Source of the DNA: Vicugna vicugna
Lineage: Eukaryota
Assembly (NCBI GenBank): GCA_013265495.1
Contig: MU057711.1
Span: 248,001-312,000, forward strand
DNA: 64,000 bases
Direction: 5' to 3'
Below are positions 40,860 to 51,456 of the stretch, in pieces. Below the pieces are notes generated by a model. It searched no databases and had not been told where the DNA came from. It was given only the letters and a program-made list of their open reading frames with translations. Positions within the stretch are counted from its first letter, which is position 1, and each line of letters starts with the position of its first letter. The translations under genes and the position numbers were made by a program.

Positions 40860-41640
40860 AGGTTCGTATTTGAAATCAGTTTAAATCATAATCAGTAGAT
40901 TGTTTAGAGACAGTTGGTTTGATTTTCATTTTGGAAAATTTAAGTTTGATTTCTACTTCTCATCAGATACAAAAATAAATTTCAGACAGATGAAAGATTT
41001 AAACATTTTAAAAAATGATTTAAATATAAAAATCACTAAATATATCAAGATCTCTTACAAATGAAGAGAATGACAAATGCCCAGTAGAGAAGGGGAAAGA
41101 AAATGAAAAAAATGTATGGGATATACAAATAGCCATTAAATATATGGGAAAATGGTCAGCCACAAAATATTTGAATATGATAGTTTAAAACTAAAATGAA
41201 ATACTGTGACCCAAGAGAGTGACAAAAAAAGGCCTGTGTACTATTAATGTCAGTGTAAATTGGCCCATTACTTCTGGAGGGTGACCAACCTGGCATTAGG
41301 TTTCAAAGAGAACATATAGTCTCTTTGGTCCATCTAGTCTAGGAAATTATCCTACAGATATAATAGCATGCTGTCCAGAGATGGTTACTGAATTAATTTT
41401 TAACTTATAAAGGATTGGGAGCTACCTTCATCAGGGGATAGATGTTAAATAGGGTAAGGGGGCTTTTTGATTGGATTAGGTGCTCAGCTTATCAGAGCTG
41501 ATTGACTCCTAGTTCACTCCAAGTCTGTTTTTACTTTGTAGAAAAATAATATTAAGTTAAAAAAATGAGGTACCAAGCCCATTATATAGTATATGAACCC
41601 ACTTATGTAAATATATACCCGTATTGATTTATGTGTGTGT
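40860..41640 (+). mobile_element. Highly decayed L1ME-type fragment
   Basis: A-rich, with L1 ORF2-end remnants (CAAAAATAAATTTCAGACAGATGAAAGATTTAAA; CTAGGAAATTATCCTACAGATATA). Confidence 0.55.
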
Positions 41641-42276
41641 ATTCATCGGTGTACTTTTAAAAATCTATAACCCTGTCTTATACTTCTGGTTTTTTTCAGG
41701 GATCACACAATCAATTACATTCCTTTCAACACATACCAAAGTGAAATTGTTACTAGCTAAGGAGTAATGAGAATAACTGGACCATTCACTTGTAGCATAT
41801 GGATTAAATTTTTCGTAAAATTCGTATCATCAGAAGAATCAATAAGATTTGTCCATGCTGGTGGGAAATACTTGAGGGTGGAAGTCTAGTAGAAGTTATG
41901 GGGCCCTGTTTTTTAAAACTTTTAAATAGCCAAATTTTTTTTATCACATAGGAAGCATTTCACTCTCTCTGTTCTTACATGAATCAGAGAGAGCTATACA
42001 AATTGTAAATTTATAAAGCGTAAGAACAATCTTAGAATGTTACTAAGTGAATCTGTAAAAGTTTTGTTCTCAAATCTCCCAGTGCCCCCAAGTCTAAGTT
42101 AATGGTACTGACTGGCTTGTTTTCCTACAAGTTCACTGAGTAAAGTTTCCCTGGCCTCTTTTTCTCTGGGAAGATCAGAAATTAGCAGGGCAGTAGTCAA
42201 GGGGGAAAAAAATGGGACAAAAAAGGAAAAGCATGGGTTCTTGACTGACTCTGATTTACAAATTTGTGTCTTACAG

Positions 42277-42360
42277 GCTTATTTCCATCTGGGTATAAAT
42301 GAAAAATTAGGACTCTCCGGAAGGCCAGATAGGCCCATTGGCTGCCTCGGTACATCAAAG
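42277..42360 (+). CDS. PHKB: PHKB exon, 84 nt: [28 protein letters not shown]
   Basis: TTACAG acceptor and a weak AAG|GTGCTC donor. Carries the LGLSGRP motif shared by the PhK alpha and beta subunits. Confidence 0.96.
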
Positions 42361-42819
42361 GTGCTCATGAAACTTCCTTGTAGAGCAGTGTTCAGACTGT
42401 AATACCACAGACTGAAATGATGTTTGACCTGCTATACGTCCATTCTCACGTTTCCTTAAATAGTTATCTGAATTATTATTTTCTTCAAGAAAATAATTTG
42501 TTTGGTTTGATATCACAGAAGTCTTCTAGGAATAAGTCAGCAACTTACTGCTATGTTATTTCCAAGCTTTCTGAGATATCTGATAATAATAGTAATTTAC
42601 TCAGAGGCTTTTTCCTTTATAGTAGAGGTGGACTACTGTAAGTTCATTAGCATACTGATTCAATCAAGAAACAACCATTTTCTGATGTTATGCAGATTTT
42701 AGAAGATGTTATTTGCTTATTCAGAATTAAACGTCAGTTTTAAGTTTTACTAGGGCTTGTATTACTGTACCTTTGCCTTTGGTCTCTCTTGTATTTTTTT
42801 TTTTAATTATCTCCCACAG

Positions 42820-42924
42820 ATTTATCGCATTCTAGGAAAGACTGTGGTTTGTTACCCTATTATCTTCGACCTAAGTGATTTCTACATGTCTCAAGATGTT
42901 TTACTGCTGATAGATGACATAAAG
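42820..42924 (+). CDS. PHKB: PHKB exon, 105 nt: [35 protein letters not shown]
   Basis: CCCACAG acceptor, AAG|GTAGCT donor, phase 0 to 0. Lies inside supplied ORF 42757..42960. Confidence 0.97.
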
Positions 42925-43354
42925 GTAGCTTCAGAACACTTTTTTATTGAAAAGGGATGACTTTGTTTCTACTGATTCTACTGTGTTATTAAATTGAATG
43001 CCCCTAGGTCTGTGACACTGGGTTAACGCAGTATCAAATACGAAAGTAAAACAGCGTCTGCCAATACTTGCAACAGTAGAATAATAGGTGTATTGTTTTC
43101 TTTAAAGTTGTATGACTTGACTTGTTCCACCTTCTACAAATGGAGTGAAAGGATATACAGTATAGTTTGTAAAAGCAGAAGGGGAACTGTTTCCGAAACC
43201 ACGTTCATATGACAGCAAGGTTCTCTCTTTTTGAGCAAAAGTTGAGTTAGCAAAATGATTTTATGAAGGATTTTCAAGTAAAACCTCATCTAATTCATAA
43301 CACCTGTCAGTTAAACTCCCCTTTACTCCCTTTTCCATTCAGAATAGAGAAGCT

Positions 43355-43580
43355 TAGAGTCATGGCCCAGAGCATGGAGTCTGGAGCCAAATTTCATTTA
43401 TTAAAACCTTGGCTCCACTATTTACCAGCTGTGTGATCTTGGACAAGTTACTTCACTTCTCTGAGTCCCTGTTTTCTCATCCTTATTGCTGAATAGGGCT
43501 GTCTTGAGAATTATAAGTGAATAAATGCAAAGCGCTCAGAATAGTGCCTGGCACATGGGGAAGTGTTACATAAGTCTTTG
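43355..43580 (+). mobile_element. MIR SINE
   Basis: GCTGTGTGATCTTGGACAAGTTACTTCACTTCTCTGAGTCCCTGTTTTCTCATC ... AGTGCCTGGCACAT. Confidence 0.8.
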
Positions 43581-43789
43581 ATGTGATAATGATGATTATG
43601 ATGACAATAGAAATTGAGTCAAATAAGGAATTCTCCATGTTTCTGGTGATCTGTGTAGATCGCGTCCAGTGTCCTCTACCTGCTGTAATACAAATCTGCA
43701 GTTATGTGGAGTGAGAATTAATCTTCTAGGTGACAACCCTGGGTTGATCTTCCCTCCCTGGGACCATTCTGGAGCTTTGTTTATTAAGC

Positions 43790-43815
43790 CACACACACGC
43801 GCGCGCGCGCACACA

Positions 43816-43847
<32 letters not shown>
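43790..43847. repeat. Compound (CA)n(CG)n(CA)n microsatellite
   Basis: Seen directly. Confidence 0.95.
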
Positions 43848-43848
<1 letters not shown>

Positions 43849-44092
43849 CAGCCTTAAAACAAGTGTGATCTGATTACTTTTAAGAACAAAGTTTAAAATC
43901 ACAATGGTTTCTAGCTTAACTTGTGTGTATGAGAACATTTCTACCCCTAAGTAGTCTGTATTATCCACGGTTTGATTGTGAATTGTCTTTCTATGTAAGA
44001 GTATTGTTGGCTTTTTGCCTCTAATGGTTAAGCATCCTTATCAGCTCAGATACTGTTCCATTACATCCTACCTCATTCTTATGTTTTGATAG

Positions 44093-44175
44093 AATGCACT
44101 ACAGTTCATTAAGCAATACTGGAAAATGCACGGACGTCCACTTTTCCTTGTCCTCATCCGGGAAGACAATATAAG
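44093..44175 (+). CDS. PHKB: PHKB exon, 83 nt: NALQFIKQYWKMHGRPLFLVLIREDNI(R)
   Basis: GATAG acceptor, AG|GTAGGT donor, phase 0 to 2. Confidence 0.97.
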
Positions 44176-44380
44176 GTAGGTTGATAAAAGAAGTGTGATG
44201 CGTGCACGTCACCACAGTAACACTGAATGCTTTGGAAGCAGGGCCTCTTTGTATTTTTTTTTATCCATCTCAGCAGATGGCAGAGTGCTTTGCATATGTA
44301 GAGGGCACTTGGTATTAGATTATTAATTTCTCTTTCTGTTGTTAATATGCACATTTTGTTTATCTGTTTATATTTTTCAG

Positions 44381-44471
44381 AGGTAGCCGATTCAATCCCA
44401 TATTAGATATGCTGGCAGCTTTTAAAAAAGGAATAGTTGGAGGAGTCAAAGTTCATGTTGATCGTCTACAG
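44381..44471 (+). CDS. PHKB: PHKB exon, 91 nt: [30 protein letters not shown]
   Basis: TTTTTCAG acceptor, CAG|GTAGTC donor, phase 2 to 0. Confidence 0.97.
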
Positions 44472-45987
44472 GTAGTCTTCTGAATTTCAGTGTATTTCTA
44501 TTCTCAACACAATCCACAGATACAGCTATATTTCTTAATATATGTTCTATGTAAGGTTTTTGTCTGATGGTTTTACTCTGTCTACCTTCCTATTCCTGTT
44601 GTCACCACCCTATTTATCTGATTCCTCCAATCTGATGCTTGAGCAGTTGCAGAGATTTCCCACCAGAATTTTAGACTTTAAGAGCTCAACTCCAACCTCA
44701 GTTTTGCATTTGAGGAAGCTGGGGTCCAGAGTGATGAAGCGACCTGCTGTATAACCTCAGGTTGCTTAGTTCCCTGGTCCAGAACCCTCTTCCCTACCCA
44801 CCCCAGTAACATCCAATCTGGAAATAATCGTAGTTCCATTTAGAATCTTTCAAGGTTATTTACACAGCTTCTAAATCACAGAAGCCCTTTGTGGTTCCCT
44901 ATTAGTCAGTGCAGCCTCTCTACCATGGTTATCTCCTACTAAACGCTCTTTCTGCTTCAGCCGATATGGATGAATTACTGTGTTCTGAACTCTGTGCGGT
45001 TCTGCCCCCTCCTGCTCATACCATTTCCTCCGCCTGGAGTAGCTGTCCTTCCTTCAGCATCTCTGGACTTTGACGTCTTGCCAGACTTTGACAGCCAGTT
45101 CTGCAAAATCACTCAGACCAGATATGAGACTTTTTTAAACATCCTTTTATGACCTTTAATGTAAACTAACTCAAATTGTAGTTCATTATGGACTTAAATG
45201 CCTTATTTCCATACAGTCCTTTATGTAGTAGGTGCTCAATACTGAGTAAGAAAGAGGAACATTTATAAAGAGGGACCTATGTCGGGAGTATGGTAAATGG
45301 CATGTTTACATACTCATTCACTGGTGCTTGTGTTTTGCATATTTAATTGATGTTTGTATTTTACATACTTGGTTGATTTTTATCTAAGTTTTTCTTTTTC
45401 CTTTATTTTTTATTGTTTTGTCTTATTGTTAAACTTCCTGGGGCAAATTCTTTGATATTTATCATGCCAGCTCCTTTATTCAATTTAGTATTTTAACTAT
45501 CATGCTTTTAATTTTCCCTTTTCATAGTATCTTATTCTTATTTTTTGTATCGTATTTTGCCTTATCTCTGAGAATATTAACTAGAGAGTTTTTGAAATTT
45601 TTCCTTTTTACGTGATGTCTTTCGGGTTTCTTTTCTGTTTTGGGGGGGTCAGTCTTTCAAATTGGAGACATTTTTTAGATGTCTGATAATCTTTAGCTAT
45701 CCATTCATTTTTAAGAGTGAAAGAGAAAAAGCTTATTGGAAGCTGTGTGTTTGAGAACAAGGATCCTAGTCATGATGGGTTCACCTATAAGATGGCGTGA
45801 TGACAGGAGCTCTTTTTGTTGGGGAAACCCCAGGTGCTGATACCTGGAGATTTTTTTTCTCTTGGGCTCTTCAGTTTCCCCGGAAAATAAGCATGTAGCC
45901 TTCTGCTTGAAGGACATATATTTTGCTTGCATTGTCCTGAGAGCAGGGTTGGGGAGGGCAGTCAGGGAGGTCCCACTGTGCAGTGTA

Positions 45988-46299
45988 TTATCAGAATCAT
46001 CTCTTACTGGGACACCTGTTTTGAAAGTTGTCTCTACTGATGCAGATTCAAAAGACAATAAAACGGTACATTATCAGATTGTCCAGGATGCTTAACAACA
46101 ACAGATTAATTTCACATAGACAGTACAAGTGTCTTAATCCTGACGGGACGGATGCTGGAACATGAGTTAGTGCAACAGTCTGAAAGTTAGAGCAACAAAT
46201 AATGGCTTCCCATCACTGAGCACCGAGGTCCTTGTCCGTATCTACATCTTGGAAATGAATGACACCTCTCCAGTTTTTAATCAGCTCATTTATGAGTCT
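45988..46299 (+). pseudogene. Decayed cadherin-repeat fragment, most similar to FAT3 (FAT atypical cadherin), inside a PHKB intron
   Basis: Across two frameshifts it reads [35 protein letters not shown] / [23 protein letters not shown] / [40 protein letters not shown]. Cadherin DxD, LDxE-like and DxNDNxPxF-like motifs are present. Stops at 46093 and 46107. Confidence 0.88.
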
Positions 46300-47380
46300 T
46301 TCACCTAATCAGTTGTTTAATCTTTCTATCTGTTGGTCTCTGCTATGCTCTGTACCCCTGAGTATAGAGTCTTAACCAGATAATAAGCCTGTTTTCATCT
46401 TGCAGTACTGAAACTCTATACCCAGTAGACAAACTCTCATTCCCCCAAACCACCTTTTGTCTTCTCTTTATTATAGTAAATGAAAATGGCACCTGTGTAC
46501 TTCTCTGGGCTTTATTTCAAGCCCTTTTAAATGTCCTTAGCCCATGGTCCACAGTCTCTCTCCTCACTGGGCCCCAGCGTCACTTCCTGACTTCATCACC
46601 CAAGACGTCTCTTCATGCAGTTCATTCCCAGCCCTGCTTGCCACTCCCCAAGTGTGCTGGGTACTTTGCAAAATCTTTAGTGTAATTAAATTTAGTTTTT
46701 TTGGCTCTTGCTGTCACTCTATTCTAGAGTTGCCTTTTTCTTTTTTATGCTTTTAATTTTATAACTTTAATTTTATAACTTAGGTCAGTGTCACCTCTTT
46801 AGTGACGTCTCCAAAACTGGAATTAATTTCTCCTTCCAGTGTGTTTCTGTGGCATTTTCCTTGAACTTTTGCTATAGCTCTTATTTTAGGTATAGCTCGT
46901 TTCTTGTGTCTGCATCTCTGTGTGGATTAAGAACTCTATCAGGCCGAGCTTTACTCATCTCTGCATTCCCACAGTACTCTGCTTACTGTTATTCTCTCTG
47001 TAGGAAATATGTGAATATTGGTTCATTGATTCAACAATTATTTATTGATTTCCGTCTTGAGGCACTGGAGATATAGTAGTGAAAAATATGTATACAAGGT
47101 CCCTGATCTCATGGGAATTATTCCAGTGAGGGGGCCGAACCAAAAGTAAGGCCAGGGAGGGATGCACATTGATGGGATGCAGCAGTCTCGAGTAGGGTGT
47201 GCAGCTGGTGAGGACCTGGTGGAATATAACTGAGTATCGCTGAGCAGAATACCTTTTTGAATATTACATTGCATTTGACATATGTATAACAATATGAAGT
47301 TATTTGATTACCATCAGAACTAAGTAAGGTATTAATGCCTAGCAAATTGATTATAGTATTTTTTTTATAAAACTAATTTA

Positions 47381-47494
47381 TCTAAAATTTTATAATGACT
47401 GTAGGTGGAATATAGCCTTTAAAAATTGTGAATCACTATATTGTACATGTGTAACTTAGATAACATTGTACATCAACTATTCTTCAATTTTAAA
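47381..47494 (+). mobile_element. Very short L1 3'-end insertion
   Basis: L1 3' terminus (ATTGTACATCAACTATTCTTCAAT + A run). TSD AAAAC(T/G)AATTTA at 47369-47380 and 47495-47506. Confidence 0.75.
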
Positions 47495-47699
47495 AAAACG
47501 AATTTAGGAGCCCCTGCAACCAACTAAATTTTTTTAATCAAAAGCTCTAAAGACTATTAATGGAATTCAGAACTAACCTGTAATCTCAGATTAAACATTT
47601 CCTTTATGGACTGAATTAGTGTGTTAAGGTGGGTAGGCTAATAAAAATTTAAATGTTTAATCAAAATTATTTTTATGTTTTCAGTATTAGCTATCAGCT

Positions 47700-48540
47700 T
47701 TGAGAATTAAAAATTCTTGACTCTTTCTTTCATATCCCACATTACAATCCATTATCAAATCTAGTTTTCTCTACCCTCAGATTATGTCCAGAATCTAACC
47801 ACTTCCCTTCATCTCCAGCACTATCGTCATGGTCCACGCAGCCACTGTCTCTCTCCTAGATTTTTATAGCTGTCTTCTGAGTTCCTAATGGCTGTTACAG
47901 TTATTAGCCTCTTCCTACTCTACCTAGTTATAGGGCAGTTAGATCATGTCACAGATCATAAACCTCCAATGGCCTCTTCTCTCCCACTGAAGTGCAATCC
48001 AGAGTCCTTCTAGTAGTGCCATCTATGACCTGGACCTTCTTCTCTGACCTCATCTCCTACCATTCTCCCCTGTCTACTCTACTCAACCACACTGTCCTCC
48101 TTACTGCCCCTAAAACACACCCAGCGTGCTCCTGCCTCAGGACCTGTACGCTTGCTATCCCCTCAGCCCTATACACTCTTCTCTCAGATCCATATTGTTG
48201 TCTGGTCCTCCCTTTGGTCTCTACTTACATGTCACCCTATTAGAGAAGTCTTTTTTAATCACCTATATAAAGTGGCAAACATGCCTCCTCCACCTCTGCC
48301 CCAGCACTCCCCGTCCCCACCTTTCACATTTCAACTTTGCACTTACCATCTGATGTAACATATTTAGGTTTTTGTTTGTTTGCTTGCTTATCGTCTGCTT
48401 CTTACACACACCTGAGGTTCAGTTTCAAGAGGGCAAGGGTTTTGTGTGGTTTTTCTCCCATGCTGTATCCTCATACCTAGCATAGTACCTGGCACATACT
48501 GCCTGCACAGGTGTTCAGTAAATATTTGTCTAACAAATTA
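47700..48540 (+). mobile_element. L2 LINE 3' region
   Basis: CCAGAATCTAACCACTTCCCTTCATCTCC ... TAGTACCTGGCACATA ... CAGTAAATATTTGT. Confidence 0.8.
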
Positions 48541-49706
48541 GTTAGATAGCCAGCAAGATGTGTAGATGTAGCCTGCATCTTAGGAAGTGTCACTCAGCAG
48601 ACTTGTGCTGGGCACTGCCGTCTGCCCAGGCATAGACTCTGCTTTCAGACCCCTGCTGACTGTGACTGGACCACATAAAAATGTGTCCATCAGTTGCATG
48701 TCTGGTCTTTCTCACTCAGACTCTGCAAGGAGGCTTTGGTACCATTGCTGGTAACATGTCCACACCCTGCCATTTGTAGTAGGTATTTGTTGATGTGCTA
48801 CTTTATGAGTTTTCACTAGAGAAGAAGACGGCAGGACTCTGGGTGGTTAGCCAACAAGAGCAACATTCCCCACATCCTGTTGCTTCACTTTTGAAATGAA
48901 CAGTGAGAAGACAGAGAAAATAATACATTGAAGACAGTTCTGACTGAAGAGTTGCCTTATATTTAAAATAATAATTAATGTGTGGCTTGTTTTTTGTGAG
49001 GTACGTATCTCACTTTTATCTGACAATTCAGCAGATAATTAGAAGTGACAGTGCTAAGAATCGTGAGTTATCGTTATCATTCACTGGGAACCACCGACAA
49101 ACAAAAACTGTGTTCAAGTTTGATCTCATTTCATTTGCTAAAGCTACACTCAGGAACGAATGGAAAATAAAATGACCAAATATTGGTTGCCAGAATATAG
49201 AGAAGCATTGGCCGAGATAATCAACACCTTCATAATCCTGAAAAATGAAGACTGGGCAGTATCTCATCATTGGCTAGGTCTGAAATGTATTACGGTAGCA
49301 AAATCCAAAGCTTAATTTTACATTACCTTTTCCCAAAACAGCTTTAGTATTTCATGGGGTTTTTTTTTTCCCCAAAATATTTTGAATATTCTGATGAGTA
49401 CTGGATTTTAATTCCAGCTTAAAAATAAACAAGAGAACAGAGGGGAAAAAATCAGTTCATCTCATGTTGATTCTATTTATGATGATTCATGAACTTGTAG
49501 CTTGATGTGTATTTTCTATGTCAGGGGTGTTGCATCTGAAATCCTGTCTGATTTTAGAATGTTCATTTAAAGATTACCTAAGAATCGTGTATAAATTTTA
49601 AGTAAACTTTTTTTTAAGTATTATGCGCTTACAGGAAAGTATACGCAAAGGTCACAAGGGCTTGATACATTTAAGAGCTGTGAATCTTTTTTCAATCACG
49701 TTTCAG

Positions 49707-49768
49707 ACGTTAATATCCGGAGCTGTGGTGGAACAACTTGACTTCTTACGAATCAGTGACACAGAAGA
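49707..49768 (+). CDS. PHKB: PHKB exon, 62 nt: [20 protein letters not shown](E)
   Basis: TTTCAG acceptor, GA|GTAAGT donor. Followed by an 84-nt intron. Confidence 0.97.
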
Positions 49769-49852
49769 GTAAGTTCCTTTGGGGTATTATTGTGTTTCTT
49801 GAGATTACATTAGGAATTCAGGCAATCTGAAAGCTTTTCTTTTAAATTCTAG

Positions 49853-50015
49853 GCTTCCAGAATTTAAGAGTTTTGAGGAACTACAAGTTCCCAAACATTC
49901 AAAAGTCAAACGACAAAGCAGCACCTCCAATGCTCCTGAACGGGAACAGCAGCCAGATGTCGCCGTTACTGAGTGGAGAAACAAGCCCACCCACGAAATT
50001 ATTCAAAAACTGAAT
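49853..50015 (+). CDS. PHKB: PHKB exon, 163 nt: [54 protein letters not shown]; includes the KRQSS phosphorylation motif
   Basis: TTCTAG acceptor, AAT|GTGAGG donor, phase 2 to 0. KRQSS at 49908-49922 corresponds to the known PKA site near Ser700/701 of mammalian PhK beta. Confidence 0.97.
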
Positions 50016-50864
50016 GTGAGGAAGATGCAGTTCCCACATGGTCCTGAGTCAGGCTGGCAGAGCAGGGACTCCCAGGGGCAAACCTTATTTCTTTTTGTCC
50101 TCCCAGAGAAGGTAGCAGCTCATCAGCCTGGGGGTAGCTGGTCTGTCTGTACCCGAGGCAGGAAATGAGGTTCTTCTCATTTGCTAGTATTAGCACGGAT
50201 GTCCTAAAGATGCTTAAGGAGTGGGGATATGAATTGGCTTGTCTTGAGTATGAAAGTGTTACATGGCCCATTAAAGAAGTTGTGTCAGTGACAGTTGCCT
50301 TTGGGATCTCTAGATTTCTCTTCCAGTGCCCTTTCTCTGCTTTTCTTAGCCTGAGTCTTCTCTCCTGTCCCAGTGTTTAGGTCTAATGCTTGCTTTGAGT
50401 CTCTCCAGTCACTGAGGAAAACAATCCCATGACTACAGCCATACGAATATTACATTAGCAGCCTAGTATTTCCCCTTCCCTAAGGTTATTTGCAATTTAA
50501 AAGAAGAGGGGTGGGGGTGGGGGTAGTACTTACCAAAGGAAATGGCATTCCGATAGTAGAGCTATAAACACAGTGACATCTTATTGGGCCATATAAATTT
50601 GAGCATATTGACTAAATAGATACCCTGGCAGATATCATCAGTATATAACTGATCGATATTATCTATAGATCTGCACAAGCATGAATATGATATAGTAGGC
50701 ACGGGACATATGCAATAAGTAGTCTGCATAGGTCCCCTTCTTTCATTCTTCTCTCCACAGTGGGTTGACAGCAGCGTAGTCTCTCCTTTCTGAATAAATA
50801 AAGTCAAAAAGGGAGTGACTAAATGACTTGGCCAAATCTCTCAGAGAGCATTAGAATCAGTATT

Positions 50865-51061
50865 TATTTATCTATCTAACGCCTATGTAGGAATAAAACA
50901 GATTTTTGGCGTCTTTGTCTTTTGAAGAAGACAGTGTTCTGTCGGAGTTCCGCAGGTGCTCTGGTTGGCTCAGTGGGTCCGTGGATGTGAGTCTTGGTGT
51001 ATCTGTGGGAGAGTGTGAGCCACGAGCGTCCTACTACTCCGCCGTCTTGGCCTCTTCTCCC
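50865..51061 (-). mobile_element. TSD-flanked retroposed element consisting of an L1 5'UTR start plus a short tail
   Basis: Perfect 13-bp direct repeat TAGAATCAGTATT at 50852-50864 and 51062-51074. Minus strand begins GGGAGAAGAGGCCAAGACGGCGGAGTAGTAGGACG and ends AGATAGATAAATA. Confidence 0.8.
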
Positions 51062-51374
51062 TAGAATCAGTATTAATGCTTATTAGATGACATATTTTCT
51101 ATTCATTACTTATCTTGTTTCCTGGAAAATATGTTTATTAAATCCTACTTCCCCAGGGAGCCAACTTGTCTACCCTCCATCTCTAAGATACCTAAGATAA
51201 ATAGTTGTATAATGTCATCTTGTGCTTGGTACTGTATCAGTGACATTTTATCTTTTCTCAGTTGCATAGCAGAATATTTCCTCTTTGCATCATGTGGTTT
51301 CATGATTAGTTACTCTCTGTGGTAATTTTTTTATCCATTTCATTCCAGTTACTCATAGTGATTTATATTTTCAG

Positions 51375-51456
51375 GACTGTAGTTGCCTGGCTAGCCAAGC
51401 CATCCTGCTGGGTATACTGCTCAAAAGAGAAGGCCCCAACTTCATCACAAAGGATG
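51375..51456 (+). CDS. PHKB: PHKB exon, 82 nt: [27 protein letters not shown](G)
   Basis: TTTTCAG acceptor, G|GTAAGA donor, phase 0 to 1. Confidence 0.97.

Noticed and set aside
45862..46095. Expressed cadherin mini-gene or extra PHKB exon
   Set aside because: Frameshifts and stops break the domain, there are no convincing splice sites, and the flanking PHKB exons join in frame without it.
46754..46781. 14-bp tandem duplication TAATTTTATAACTT x2
   Set aside because: Ordinary slippage duplication in an intron.
50627..50675. Imperfect palindrome GATATCATCAGT-ATATA-ACTGATCGATAT
   Set aside because: Short and AT-rich, so compatible with chance or a decayed transposon. No other support.
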